Part shown: positions 49,065 through 59,371 of the stretch, piece after piece
Layout: the number at the start of each line of letters is the position of its first letter
Position numbering within the stretch: position 1 is the first letter of the stretch
NCBI GenBank assembly: GCA_036003745.1
Contig: DASYSD010000019.1
Span: forward strand, 1,500-65,499
Length of the DNA stretch: 64,000 nt
Origin: Pyrinomonadaceae bacterium
GTDB lineage: Bacteria; Acidobacteriota; Blastocatellia; Pyrinomonadales; Pyrinomonadaceae
Direction: 5' to 3'
Notes under the pieces: generated by a model
Database searches by the model: none
What the model saw: only the letters and a program-made list of their open reading frames with translations
What the model was told of the DNA's origin: nothing
Program-made: the position numbers and the translations under genes

Positions 49065-50237
49065 ATGCGCGGGAAGGTTTGGCAGATGTTATTACACAAA
49101 GAACAGCGAAGCGACGGGCAGAGCAACGAGCGCGGTTCAATCAGTATTATGACCGCCATTTTTGCGCTGCTTTTATTGCTCATGGTCGGTCTGACCATTG
49201 ATATATCGCGTATCTATGTGGTCCGCAGCGAACTTCAAAACGCAGCGGATATGGCAGCACTAACGGCAGCCCGCGAATTAAATGGCGGGCCCGGAGGTAT
49301 TGATAACGCATACGAACAAGCCGTTAATGTGATCGCCAACAGCCAGGGGCTTAAAACAAAGACAAATGTAACAATCGACTCCGTACAATTTGCTGCCAAT
49401 CTGTATGATGATCCTTACATGAGTGTTGGCGACGCCAGGAACAACGCTGCCGGCATTCGCTTTGTCAAAGTTATTACCGCATCAACTTCTACGACGATCC
49501 TTTTTGCCTCCAGTGCAATGGGCGCGTCGCATACCGAATCAAGAGAGGCTGTGGCCGGAATGTCGGTGCCTCTCGCCGGACTCTGCGACTTCTTCCCTGC
49601 TGCTGTCGGTCTAAATACTGGCACCCCCACTCCCGGCACTCTCATGACGTTGAAATTTGCGCAGGGCACAGGAACAACCGCGACAATCAACGAATTCGAC
49701 TATATCGTCCTTGACGTGAATTGCATCCCTGGCAATGGCGACACCGAGACCGCGAAGCTCGCCGCTGGTGAACCGTGCGAGTGCGCTAAGCTTGGGGATT
49801 TTCTTCATATGACCCCGAGTTCGAATTTTTCCAATGGAGGCAGCGCTGCCGGCGATGGGATGAATACTCGTTTTGGCCTTTACGCTAACGGGTACGGAAA
49901 CAGCCTCAATGCATCCAATTACGCATCTGACACCAACACGACTGACGACATTTCATATTCTGATTACATTAGCGACATTCCAACAGGCGGCAATAGCCGG
50001 CGGGTGATTACGATGCCCATCGTTACACCAAAAGATTATCCGGCCGACACGAACGGAGAGATCATAGGTTGGGGAAAGTTCTTCATAAAGAAACGAATGT
50101 ACGTGGTAAACGGCAACTGTGCGAATAATGCACCTTGTGGCGACATGACCGTGGAGTACATAGGCCAGGCAACTGTAGGGGCAACCGGCGCAGTTTCGTG
50201 CAATTCAGGTATCCGTACGGCTGTTCTCTACAGGTAG
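49065..50237 (+). CDS. tadG: TadG-like pilus assembly protein (pseudopilin-like N-terminus)
   Basis: The N-terminal segment GSISIMTAIFALLLLLMVGLTIDISRIYVVRSELQNAADMAALTAAREL matches the TadE/G-like N-terminal pattern. Confidence 0.75.
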   Translation: MRGKVWQMLLHKEQRSDGQSNERGSISIMTAIFALLLLLMVGLTIDISRIYVVRSELQNAADMAALTAARELNGGPGGIDNAYEQAVNVIANSQGLKTKTNVTIDSVQFAANLYDDPYMSVGDARNNAAGIRFVKVITASTSTTILFASSAMGASHTESREAVAGMSVPLAGLCDFFPAAVGLNTGTPTPGTLMTLKFAQGTGTTATINEFDYIVLDVNCIPGNGDTETAKLAAGEPCECAKLGDFLHMTPSSNFSNGGSAAGDGMNTRFGLYANGYGNSLNASNYASDTNTTDDISYSDYISDIPTGGNSRRVITMPIVTPKDYPADTNGEIIGWGKFFIKKRMYVVNGNCANNAPCGDMTVEYIGQATVGATGAVSCNSGIRTAVLYR

Positions 50238-50245
50238 GGCACAAA

Positions 50246-50794
50246 ATGAATCGAATCAAAATCCCAACATACATGAGAGAGCTGCTGACGCGAATGACTC
50301 GGCGCGAGGATGGTTCTTCAGCCATTGAACTCGCGATCGTATTTCCCACACTAATCCTGCTGTTTGTAGGGATCGCCGAGTTGGGTCGCTTGTTTTACAC
50401 CTACACGACGCTTGCTAAGGCAACCGCTGTGGGAGCACGCTACCTCTCGACTTCAAGAAACGCTGTCAACGGTACTACCACCGAAAAGAATAACGCCAAG
50501 CAAGAAGCGAAGAATCTGGTAGTGTGCGGAATCAAAAGTACATCTGCAACTGCTTGTAACGGCCCGACGCCAGTCGTTACTGGACTCACAACCGCCAACG
50601 TTCGGATCTGCGACAACTTCTCTACCGCCTGTTCGCCCGCTTTAGCAGGCGGACCAATAAAGTATTTCCGGGTGGAAATTACAGGCTATACCTACTCGGC
50701 GGGGCCTTTTAACATCGCCACCATGTTAGGCCAGACAGCGACAGATTTTTATTTCGCACTGAGTCCGGGTACCGAAGCACGCTCTATGCAGTAA
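50246..50794 (+). CDS. tadE: TadE-like pseudopilin
   Basis: GSSAIELAIVFPTLILLFVGIAELGRLFY TadE N-terminal motif. The start is taken at MNRIKIP. Confidence 0.8.
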   Translation: MNRIKIPTYMRELLTRMTRREDGSSAIELAIVFPTLILLFVGIAELGRLFYTYTTLAKATAVGARYLSTSRNAVNGTTTEKNNAKQEAKNLVVCGIKSTSATACNGPTPVVTGLTTANVRICDNFSTACSPALAGGPIKYFRVEITGYTYSAGPFNIATMLGQTATDFYFALSPGTEARSMQ

Positions 50795-51348
50795 TGGACG
50801 GTACGAAACAGGGGATTTCAAAAATGAAGCGCCGAATTAACAAGACAGGATCTGAAACCGGCACGGCCCTCGTCGAATTTGCGATAACCGCCTCATTCTT
50901 CTTCATGATGATAGTCGGCATTGTCTCCGCCGGTCATTTGTTCTTTACGCATAGCGCGCTGGTTGAGTCCACACGACGCGGCGCACGCTACGCTGCAACA
51001 CTGGCTAAACCGTCCACAGAATCCTGCACCAATAGTTCAACTACAGTTGATCCCGTTAAGAACATGGTTCTGTATGGCACCACGACGGCGGGTTCATCGA
51101 CATTGGTCACCAACCTTCAAGCGTCGAATATCACTGTTTGCTACAGCAATGACTACGGTGTGGGCCAGGGTACCGTGTCAGTCAAGATCGAAGGCTATTC
51201 GTACACCTTCGCGGTCGGAGCATTCAGCATAAATATGCCTGCATACCAGACTACGGTCGTAGGCGAGAGCGCGGGCACGATACCGGGGGTTACTTGTCAG
51301 CTTTTCGATAAGTATGTCTACGAGTTAATAGAACAATCGCTAGGGTAA
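50794..51348 (+). CDS. TadE/TadF-like pseudopilin
   Basis: The ATG overlaps the upstream stop (TAATG). Contains GTALVEFAITASFFFMMIVGIVSAGHLFF. Confidence 0.8.
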   Translation: MDGTKQGISKMKRRINKTGSETGTALVEFAITASFFFMMIVGIVSAGHLFFTHSALVESTRRGARYAATLAKPSTESCTNSSTTVDPVKNMVLYGTTTAGSSTLVTNLQASNITVCYSNDYGVGQGTVSVKIEGYSYTFAVGAFSINMPAYQTTVVGESAGTIPGVTCQLFDKYVYELIEQSLG

Positions 51349-51360
51349 AGAGTTAATACG

Positions 51361-52581
51361 ATGCAACCACTGACTTTCATAACATTGAGCAAGGACCAGG
51401 AAACGTCGCTGGAATTAAAAACCGCCCTTCAAGGAAGTGGCCGGGCACGGCTTTTGACTGCTTGTGACGGTGCAGAACAGTTACTGAATGAGGTAACACG
51501 ACTGCGCCCGTCCGCTACGCTCTTCCATGTAACCACTGCAACCGCAGATAAAGACTTTGCTTTCATTAAGCAGTTACTTGCGAAGAATCCAAACACGGCT
51601 GTAATCACCGCCTCTTCTGAGGCTGTGCCATCGCTTATTCTCGGAAGTCTGCGCGCAGGCGCTCGCGAGTTTCTTCAGTTGCCTGTCGTACCTGACGAAT
51701 TTCGGACTGTGATGGATCGCGTGGTCGAGTTCTCCTCGAAGCTGGAGAGCTCGACATCGAAACGAGCGCATTTCGTCGCAACCTTCTCAGGCAAGGGCGG
51801 CTCCGGCGTGTCATTCCTCGCGACAAATCTTGCAGCAGCCATGCCGGAATCAACATTAATCATCGACCTGAATTTGCAAACCGGTGATGTGGCTTCGTTT
51901 CTTGGACTTGATGTCAGGTATTCAATTTCAGACTTTGTTCGCAACCGCGTCAGATTGGACGATGCTTTAATGACGAGTCTCGTGACGCCGTACTCAAATA
52001 ACTTAACCGTACTGGCGGCACCGCTGGAAGCACATGAAGCAGAGGACGTCAAACCGCAGGACCTTGCTGAGATCCTATATTTGCTGGGCCAACGATACGA
52101 CCACATTATTCTCGATTTGCCGCATACATTTGATCCGGTAACCGTTGCGGCTCTCGACCTGGTCGACGACATTTTCCTCGTGCTCACACTCGACATTCCC
52201 GGTATCCGCAGTACCAAACGTGCTCTCAAGGTGTTCGACAACCTGGGTTATCCACGTCAGAAAATCCGCGCAATAGTCAACCGATGGAGCAAAAACATCG
52301 ATGGTGAGTTGCAGAAGGTGGAATCTCATCTGGGCGAGCGACTGATTGGCTTTGTGCCGAATGACTACCGTAGAGTGATGGACTCAATAAACCTCGGTCG
52401 CCCGCTGGTACAAAGCGATCCTACATCCAAAATAGCATTGGAGATAAAACGAATCGCGGCGTTAATCACCGACAAGAGTACACAGTTTTCACTGCCACGA
52501 AAGAAGTTGTTACGGTCGATTTTTGGAGGCAAGGGTTCGACCGCAGCTCTTGAGTTTTCGGCTGTGACAGATAACGCATAA
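51361..52581 (+). CDS. cpaE: CpaE/TadZ: receiver-like domain plus a ParA/MinD-type ATPase
   Basis: N-terminal receiver-like fold and a deviant Walker A FSGKGGSGVSFLATNLA. Confidence 0.88.
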   Translation: MQPLTFITLSKDQETSLELKTALQGSGRARLLTACDGAEQLLNEVTRLRPSATLFHVTTATADKDFAFIKQLLAKNPNTAVITASSEAVPSLILGSLRAGAREFLQLPVVPDEFRTVMDRVVEFSSKLESSTSKRAHFVATFSGKGGSGVSFLATNLAAAMPESTLIIDLNLQTGDVASFLGLDVRYSISDFVRNRVRLDDALMTSLVTPYSNNLTVLAAPLEAHEAEDVKPQDLAEILYLLGQRYDHIILDLPHTFDPVTVAALDLVDDIFLVLTLDIPGIRSTKRALKVFDNLGYPRQKIRAIVNRWSKNIDGELQKVESHLGERLIGFVPNDYRRVMDSINLGRPLVQSDPTSKIALEIKRIAALITDKSTQFSLPRKKLLRSIFGGKGSTAALEFSAVTDNA

Positions 52582-52628
52582 TCAATCGGATTGAACGTCA
52601 GAAAGTTCGACCAAGGGAACAATGAAAC

Positions 52629-53954
52629 ATGGCACTACGTGAGAGATACATCAGAGATAACGGCGATGGCACGGCCACACGCCTTGAAGAGACGGTTCAG
52701 GTAAACCACACTTTTCAAGAAGTCAAAGCCCGCCTGCACCGCGCCATCATCACGCGCATGGATTTGACGAAGCTGAACACGCTTTCGCCAGACCGCGTCC
52801 ATTCCGAAGTCTCCCGATTGGCGGAAGAACTGCTCTTAGCAGAGAATCTTCCCCTCTCCACACTCGAACGAGATCGCCTGGTAAGCGAGGTGAACCATGA
52901 ATTATTTGGTCTTGGCCCACTCGAGCCACTACTCGCCGATCCGACGATTTCCGATATTCTCGTTAATTCGCATTCCAACGTCTACATCGAGCGGCGTGGC
53001 AAGCTCGAAAAAACCACGATCACCTTTAAAGACGACGAGCACTTGATGCGAGTGATCGAACGCATCGTCTCCACTGTGGGAAGGCGCATCGACGAAGCTC
53101 AACCCATGGTTGATGCTCGACTGCCTGACGGCTCTCGCGTTAACGCAATCATCCCACCATTGTCCATCGATGGACCAACACTTTCTATCCGCCGTTTCGG
53201 TGCTGATCCGCTCAGGATGGCCGCGCTAATTGAAAATGGCGCGCTGACGAAAGAGATTGCCATCCTGTTTGAGATGTGTGTGAAGGCACGTCTGAACATC
53301 ATAATTTCCGGCGGCACCGGCGCCGGCAAAACAACGCTACTGAACGCACTCTCAGCTTTCATTCCGCACGATGAACGAATCGTCACGATTGAAGACTCCG
53401 CCGAATTACAACTGCAACAGCCGCATATCGTGAGACTGGAAACGCGGCCTCCGAATATCGAAGGCAAGGGTGAGATAACGCAACGCGATCTGGTGAGAAA
53501 CTCACTGCGTATGAGACCAGATCGAATCGTAATCGGTGAGGTTCGTGGCGGCGAAGCGATCGACATGCTGCAGGCCATGAATACCGGCCATGACGGATCG
53601 CTTACCACCATACACGCAAATTCCCCGAGAGATGCTCTGTCGCGCATGGAGACAATGATCCAGATGACGGGAATGAGACTGTCTGATCGAGCAATGCGAC
53701 AGCAGATTGCTTCAGCCGTAAACATGGTAATTCAGGTGGCGCGCTTAACGGATGGAACGCGCCGGATTACGTCGATTTCAGAAATCACCGGAATGGAAGG
53801 CGAGACGACCACGATGCAGGAGATTTTCCAATTCGAGCGCACCGGCATCGATGCCAAAGGAACGGTGATGGGCCGGTTCCGTACAACCGGTATTCGGCCA
53901 CGCTTTGCGGAGCGACTCAAACAGTACGGCATGCAGTTACCGGCGTTTTTCTAG
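52629..53954 (+). CDS. cpaF: CpaF/TadA secretion ATPase
   Basis: Walker [10 protein letters not shown], the [10 protein letters not shown] Asp box, and the His box [12 protein letters not shown]. Confidence 0.95.
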   Translation: MALRERYIRDNGDGTATRLEETVQVNHTFQEVKARLHRAIITRMDLTKLNTLSPDRVHSEVSRLAEELLLAENLPLSTLERDRLVSEVNHELFGLGPLEPLLADPTISDILVNSHSNVYIERRGKLEKTTITFKDDEHLMRVIERIVSTVGRRIDEAQPMVDARLPDGSRVNAIIPPLSIDGPTLSIRRFGADPLRMAALIENGALTKEIAILFEMCVKARLNIIISGGTGAGKTTLLNALSAFIPHDERIVTIEDSAELQLQQPHIVRLETRPPNIEGKGEITQRDLVRNSLRMRPDRIVIGEVRGGEAIDMLQAMNTGHDGSLTTIHANSPRDALSRMETMIQMTGMRLSDRAMRQQIASAVNMVIQVARLTDGTRRITSISEITGMEGETTTMQEIFQFERTGIDAKGTVMGRFRTTGIRPRFAERLKQYGMQLPAFF

Positions 53955-53963
53955 GAGGCAAAG

Positions 53964-54929
53964 ATGTTAGTTTCGACGACAATTCTCCTCTTCTTTCTCC
54001 TGCTCACTTACGCGCTTTTCCTGTTATCGACACGTAAGTCGGAAGCCCGCAGTGCTCGGCTACAACAACGCCTGGCCGAAGTACTTCAGGAATCACGCAT
54101 GCTTTCGGAAAACGAAGCAGTGCAGATAACGCGTGACGATTCAATCGGCGGAAACCCAACTCTTAGCCGGCTGCTATCGCCACTCGGGTTTGTTAAGAAA
54201 CTGGATCGTAATATCAGCCAGGCCGATATACACATTACAGTAAGCCGGCTCCTGGCCTTCTGTTTGTTCGCTGGCCTGTTGGCGGGCTTTGCAGCTTACA
54301 CGGTCTTTAACATTGTGGTTGCTGTTGGTATTGCATTCATTGCTGGTTTTCTGCCACTTCTACATGTCAGCCGGACCAGGCGCAAACGCTTGAATAAGTT
54401 TAATGCCCAGTTACCCGACACTTTGGATCTCTTGAGTCGCTCTCTATCAGTTGGTCATGCCTTCTCGGAATCGTTAAATCAAGTTGCCAGTGAGATGCCA
54501 GACCCTATTGCTGGTGAATTTCGCATAACTTTTGAAGAACAAAAGCTGGGTCTTTCAACGAAGATAGCGTTGGATCGCCTGGCTGATCGGATCCCACTTC
54601 CCGACCTGCGCCTTTGCGTTACCGCAATGCATATCCAACGTGAGACGGGTGGCAATCTTGCGGAGATCCTCGAACGAGTCGCGCAAACAATTCGCGAGCG
54701 CTTCAAACTGATGGAAGACTTTCGGACGATGACGACGAGCGCGCGTGGCTCCGCATGGATATTGTGCGGATTGCCTATCGTTTTAGTCCTGGTGCTAACG
54801 GCTATTAACCCGGACTACATGGCGGTATTGCTTTATGATCCAAGGGGTCACGCCGTGATAGCAGTCGCCATAGTTTTGCAGCTTACGGGTGTGCTCTTAA
54901 TCAAAAAAATCCTGAGCATTAAGGTTTAG
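53964..54929 (+). CDS. tadB: TadB (T2SS F-domain inner membrane platform protein)
   Basis: Topology and a T2SSF-like region (LPDTLDLLSRSLSVGHAFSESL). Confidence 0.88.
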   Translation: MLVSTTILLFFLLLTYALFLLSTRKSEARSARLQQRLAEVLQESRMLSENEAVQITRDDSIGGNPTLSRLLSPLGFVKKLDRNISQADIHITVSRLLAFCLFAGLLAGFAAYTVFNIVVAVGIAFIAGFLPLLHVSRTRRKRLNKFNAQLPDTLDLLSRSLSVGHAFSESLNQVASEMPDPIAGEFRITFEEQKLGLSTKIALDRLADRIPLPDLRLCVTAMHIQRETGGNLAEILERVAQTIRERFKLMEDFRTMTTSARGSAWILCGLPIVLVLVLTAINPDYMAVLLYDPRGHAVIAVAIVLQLTGVLLIKKILSIKV

Positions 54930-54969
54930 ACCAACATATTGAACCATCCGTGATACCGGAGAAATACTC

Positions 54970-55875
54970 ATGTTTACTTTGATCATAGTCTTTACATTCG
55001 CCTCGCTGGCACTGATGGTGATGAGTGTGTACTGGATTTTTGCTCGCCCGCAGAGCACGGTTACGGCACGGCTCGAAAGCATGGATCCCTCCTTGGCGCT
55101 CGTGGAAAACAGTCCAGTGACGACGATGGCCGAGAAGGTAGCTGAACCGCTCAATCGTATCGTGCCGATTTCGGCTCTCGAAGCCCTGAAGTTACAAAAG
55201 AAAATGTTGCAGGCTGGTTACCGATCACCAGACGCAGCAATGGCCTTTCGTGCTGTCCAGATCAGTCTGACGTTAGCTGTTCCCAGCATTGTCATGACTG
55301 TCTGTTTCCTGTTTGATGGATCGTTGAACTCTTTTCTGGTGTTGAGTCTCCTGGGTGCAGGAATCGGATTCTATCTGCCACGTTTAGTACTGAGCAAAAT
55401 TATAACTAACCGGCAACTGCGGATCACCTGGGGACTTGCTGACGCGTTGGATTTATTGGTGGTCGCTGTGGAGGCGGGTCTCGGACTCAATGCTGCCCTT
55501 AATCGCGTTGGCGACGAATTGAAGAATAATCATCCCGACCTGCATAACGAACTGGATATTGTCAATCTTGAGATTCGCGTCGGTCGAAGTCGAGAAGAGG
55601 CGCTACGCAATCTCGCGGAACGAACGGGCGTCGAAGACATCCGCAGCTTCGTTGCTTTGCTGATTCAGGCGGACCGCTACGGGTCATCGATTGCTAAAGC
55701 AGTTCGCATATTTGCCGAATCACTTAGAACCAAGAGAAGGCAAAGAGCCGAGCAGGCATCGCAGAAGGCCGCATTGAAATTAATTTTTCCGCTGACGGCC
55801 TGTCTCTTCCCTGTGATTATTCTCGTTATTCTCGCTCCGGCAGTTCTAAATATTATCGATCTGCTTTTCAAGTAG
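54970..55875 (+). CDS. tadC: TadC (T2SS F-domain inner membrane platform protein)
   Basis: Topology and a T2SSF-like region (LADALDLLVVAVEAGLGLNAAL). Confidence 0.88.
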   Translation: MFTLIIVFTFASLALMVMSVYWIFARPQSTVTARLESMDPSLALVENSPVTTMAEKVAEPLNRIVPISALEALKLQKKMLQAGYRSPDAAMAFRAVQISLTLAVPSIVMTVCFLFDGSLNSFLVLSLLGAGIGFYLPRLVLSKIITNRQLRITWGLADALDLLVVAVEAGLGLNAALNRVGDELKNNHPDLHNELDIVNLEIRVGRSREEALRNLAERTGVEDIRSFVALLIQADRYGSSIAKAVRIFAESLRTKRRQRAEQASQKAALKLIFPLTACLFPVIILVILAPAVLNIIDLLFK

Positions 55876-55919
55876 CTCCGGGACAATCTCTTTGGTGGTC
55901 TATAAAGCTGGAGGAACTC

Positions 55920-56939
55920 ATGGCTAAAAGCACTTTCGCTTCTTCTTTGATGGCAATCTTTCTCGTACTCGCGTTGGTGCCGTATCACCGAATTGCGACC
56001 GCGGAAAGTTTTGACTGGGCAGCGCTCGCGGCTGCGGAGGCTGCTGCCGAAGCCGGCGAGGCTGAGATCGATCAGGAGACGACCGAAGCAACGCAGAAGA
56101 AGAAAGGCAGCAGCTTTGCCCGGGCTCTCGGAGCGCCGTTCCGCGCACTCGGCCGTCTCTTTGGTGGCGGCAGTAAGAAAACTGAGAGTAAGAAAACCGA
56201 GCAAACATCAGCACGCAAGCCGAGCGCGAAAGACGTCGAAAAATTTGAGAGTGCAAAGGTTGTTCGCATCGTAGATGCTCGCACCGAGGCTCCGAAATCA
56301 GTTGTCACCGTCACGAGTGCTCCGGTGGAAGTACATCTGCAAAGAGGCCGTGAACTGTTGAATGCCGGTCAGGTCAACGAAGCTCTCGCAGAACTGACCG
56401 CCGCACAAGCAGCAGATCCAAAATCCGCCGAGCTCCAGAATCTGCTCGGTGTTACCTATAGCAGCATGGGCATGCCGGATCGAGCCCTGAAAGCGTTTGA
56501 AGCGGCAGTCAAAGCTGATAAAGACAACGCACAGTATCTCAACAACTACGGTTTCCTTCTCCTCAAGACCAGCAACTTCGAATCTGCAGCGAAATACCTG
56601 AAACGCGCAGCAAAACTCTCCCCATCCGATGCGCGCATCTGGAACAACCTTGCCGTCGCTCAATGTCAAAGAGGAAAGTTTGACGATGCCTATGTGAGTT
56701 TTGTGCAGGCCGTCGGTGAGTTTGACGCGCGTGTAAACATGGCTGCCCAACTCCTGAGTCAGGGTATGGGCCAGGAAGCCATCAAGCACCTGGAAGTGGC
56801 CCATGCCCTGCGGCCCAACTCAATTGAGGTTTTGACCAGACTCACCGGTCTTTACAACATGACCGGCAGAATCTCAGATGCGGCAGTTGCTCGAAGGACG
56901 CTTTTGGCACTGCAGACATCTGCTGAAGTGCAAAAGTAA
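55920..56939 (+). CDS. TPR-repeat protein, TadD-like
   Basis: Signal or anchor segment, a charged low-complexity region, then several TPR units (GRELLNAGQVNEALAELTAA...LGVTYSSMGMPDRALKAFEAA...). Confidence 0.75.
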   Translation: MAKSTFASSLMAIFLVLALVPYHRIATAESFDWAALAAAEAAAEAGEAEIDQETTEATQKKKGSSFARALGAPFRALGRLFGGGSKKTESKKTEQTSARKPSAKDVEKFESAKVVRIVDARTEAPKSVVTVTSAPVEVHLQRGRELLNAGQVNEALAELTAAQAADPKSAELQNLLGVTYSSMGMPDRALKAFEAAVKADKDNAQYLNNYGFLLLKTSNFESAAKYLKRAAKLSPSDARIWNNLAVAQCQRGKFDDAYVSFVQAVGEFDARVNMAAQLLSQGMGQEAIKHLEVAHALRPNSIEVLTRLTGLYNMTGRISDAAVARRTLLALQTSAEVQK

Positions 56940-57009
56940 TTTCGCCCACTTCATCAACGACATTCGCGAGCGTCGAACTCAGGAGTCGACTACAACAGGA
57001 TCAACCGCG

Positions 57010-58350
57010 ATGGGCCTGCTGAATTTTTTAACCCGAACCGAACTGGAAAAGTTTGGCCCACCGACCCCGGAAGAGTTCAGTGAGATCGGCGTATCACCGA
57101 CACTTCTGGGTGATCTTGCACTCAAACACCTTTCACTCTTACAAAACCCGACCGCAGTATCTATCGCGGCAAAGCTTCATCTTCCTCCAGCGCTGATCGA
57201 AGAACTCCTCTATCAACTCTATCGAGAGAAGCTGATCGAGATGCGGCTTCAGAGCGCCGGCGATAATACGCGCTATGCAATGCTGGACCAGGGTTGGGAA
57301 CATCTTGCACAGCTTAAAGCCCAGTGTGGCTATCTTGGACCAGCGCCAGTTTCGCTCGAAGACTACGCTTTCATGATGCGACTCCAGGCAGGGCCTTCGA
57401 GTCCGGCATCGATCGAAACCGTGCGACGCGCCTTCGCTGATCTGGTGCTGCCGGAATCTCTGCTCCAAACACTCGGCTGCGTCATAAACTCGCGCTCAGC
57501 GCTGTTCCTCAGTGGTCCACCGGGCTCCGGTAAGACCGCAGTCGCGGAACGAATCAACGCAGTCCTGGCGGGATCCATTTGGATTCCTTACGCGGTGGAA
57601 GCAGAAGGTGAAATTATTCGCATCTACGATCCACACTGCCACACGCGAGTCGTGGAAAAAGCGACGGAACGTGATTCACGCTGGGTCGAAATCGAACGGC
57701 CTCTCATCATGGTCGGGGGTGAGTTGACACTCGAGAATACCGGACTGTGGTGGTCTGACTCCGCAAGATTCTATGATGCCCCTGTTCAAATAAAATCCAA
57801 CGGCGGCACGCTCGTAATTGACGACTTCGGCCGCCAGCGCATCGATCCACGCGACCTGCTCAATCGCTGGATTCTGCCCCTGGAACGAAGAGTCGATTAT
57901 CTTTCTCTGCGCAGCGGGAAGAAGATTGAACTGCCCTTTGAACAGTTGGTAGTATTCTCGACGAATCTCGACGAAGACCGCTTAGTTGATGAGGCCTTCT
58001 TGCGCCGTTTCGGTTATCGTGCACGCATTGAATCGCCTTCAATCGCTGATTACACCGAGATATTTAAGCGCGCCGCGGCCAGACGCCAAATAGCGTTTGA
58101 CCAGGCGAGCCTGTCGCATCTGTTGAAGAAATACGTGGAGGAAGGCCGGGCGCCAAAATCCTGTGAGCCGCGCGATCTGCTGAACCGAGTCAGCGACATC
58201 TGTCAGTTCAGAGGCCTGGCGCCGCATCTGAGTTCTGAACTGATCGATCTCGCTTGGAACAATTACTTCGGTCGCGCTTCAGTTCCGCAGCAGGCCTCAA
58301 GGGTCGCGACGATACAAGCGACAGCAGAACCAACGGTAGTCACTAGCTGA
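57010..58350 (+). CDS. AAA+ ATPase of unknown function (447 aa) with an N-terminal winged-helix-like region
   Basis: Walker A SGPPGSGKT, Walker B LVIDDFGRQ, and an arginine-rich sensor region FLRRFGYR. The start is taken at MGLLNFL because the track start at 56878 overlaps the TPR gene. Confidence 0.8.
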   Translation: MGLLNFLTRTELEKFGPPTPEEFSEIGVSPTLLGDLALKHLSLLQNPTAVSIAAKLHLPPALIEELLYQLYREKLIEMRLQSAGDNTRYAMLDQGWEHLAQLKAQCGYLGPAPVSLEDYAFMMRLQAGPSSPASIETVRRAFADLVLPESLLQTLGCVINSRSALFLSGPPGSGKTAVAERINAVLAGSIWIPYAVEAEGEIIRIYDPHCHTRVVEKATERDSRWVEIERPLIMVGGELTLENTGLWWSDSARFYDAPVQIKSNGGTLVIDDFGRQRIDPRDLLNRWILPLERRVDYLSLRSGKKIELPFEQLVVFSTNLDEDRLVDEAFLRRFGYRARIESPSIADYTEIFKRAAARRQIAFDQASLSHLLKKYVEEGRAPKSCEPRDLLNRVSDICQFRGLAPHLSSELIDLAWNNYFGRASVPQQASRVATIQATAEPTVVTS

Positions 58351-58355
58351 GTTTT

Positions 58356-59342
58356 ATGAGAACAAGGATGGTCCAGTCTCTCACTCTAATCGGCGCATTA
58401 CTGCTTTGCGCGACAGTGACGTGTGCGCAAACACAAGCTCGCAAAACAGCGAAGCAGAAGGATACCGGCACTGCCGTGTCTGGTGAAGTTGCGACAGCTG
58501 AAGTTGTGGGCAAACGAATCACGCTGGTTGATGGCAGGACCATCGTCGTTGACGAAGCCTGGAAACAGGGTACGGTGGTTTGGTACACGCGCGGCGGCCT
58601 CACCCAGAGCCTTGAGAATGTATCGAAAATTGAGCCTGTTTATGCCGCACCCAAAGCAAACGAGAGTAGCAAGCGCACCGAACCTAAAAGCGAAGCTCCA
58701 CCGGCGAAACCCGCTGGCGAAAAATCGATCTGGATTTATCTCGTGGGTGGCGCTCGCTTCAAGGTCGACGACGTAAACGAGAGCGAAGCGGGCGCCTGGT
58801 ATCACCGCGGCACCATCTCTGTCTTTGTGGACCGTGAACGGATTGCGCGCATCGAACGCGAGGATCCTTCGTCAACACCTTCGGGTTTCAGGGGCAGAGA
58901 TTGGACCTCCGGAAGCGCAAACATCGATCAGTTGATCAAATCAAATGCTGAGCGGATGCGACTCGATCCTTATCTGGTGTTCCTCGTTATCGAGCAGGAA
59001 TCGCAGTTCCGAGTTCGCGCGCGAAGTCCGAAAGGCGCTCAGGGTTTAATGCAACTCATGCCCGGCACAGCGCGCCGGCTTGGTGTGCGGCGTCCGTTTG
59101 ACGCGGCCGAGAACATCCGTGGCGGCACACAGTATCTGCGCGAGCTGATGGACATGTTTGGCGGACAGGTCAATCTGGTCCTGGCGAGTTATAATGCCGG
59201 CGAAGGCGCCGTAATGAAGTATGGACGTAACGTGCCTCCTTATCGAGAGACTCGTGAATATGTAAAGAAGATTGGCAAACGCTATGGCTTGAGCGGGCGC
59301 CAACCGCAGGATGACAGCAATGTGCCGGGTCCGCGGAGGTAG
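58356..59342 (+). CDS. Lytic transglycosylase (SLT domain) with two N-terminal ~40-aa DG..W..G.WY modules
   Basis: Signal peptide. SLT motifs IEQESQF, GAQGLMQLMPGTA and SYNAGEGAV. Confidence 0.88.
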   Translation: MRTRMVQSLTLIGALLLCATVTCAQTQARKTAKQKDTGTAVSGEVATAEVVGKRITLVDGRTIVVDEAWKQGTVVWYTRGGLTQSLENVSKIEPVYAAPKANESSKRTEPKSEAPPAKPAGEKSIWIYLVGGARFKVDDVNESEAGAWYHRGTISVFVDRERIARIEREDPSSTPSGFRGRDWTSGSANIDQLIKSNAERMRLDPYLVFLVIEQESQFRVRARSPKGAQGLMQLMPGTARRLGVRRPFDAAENIRGGTQYLRELMDMFGGQVNLVLASYNAGEGAVMKYGRNVPPYRETREYVKKIGKRYGLSGRQPQDDSNVPGPRR

Positions 59343-59371
59343 AACTTGAGGCACTGAAAGCAGGTGACAGC

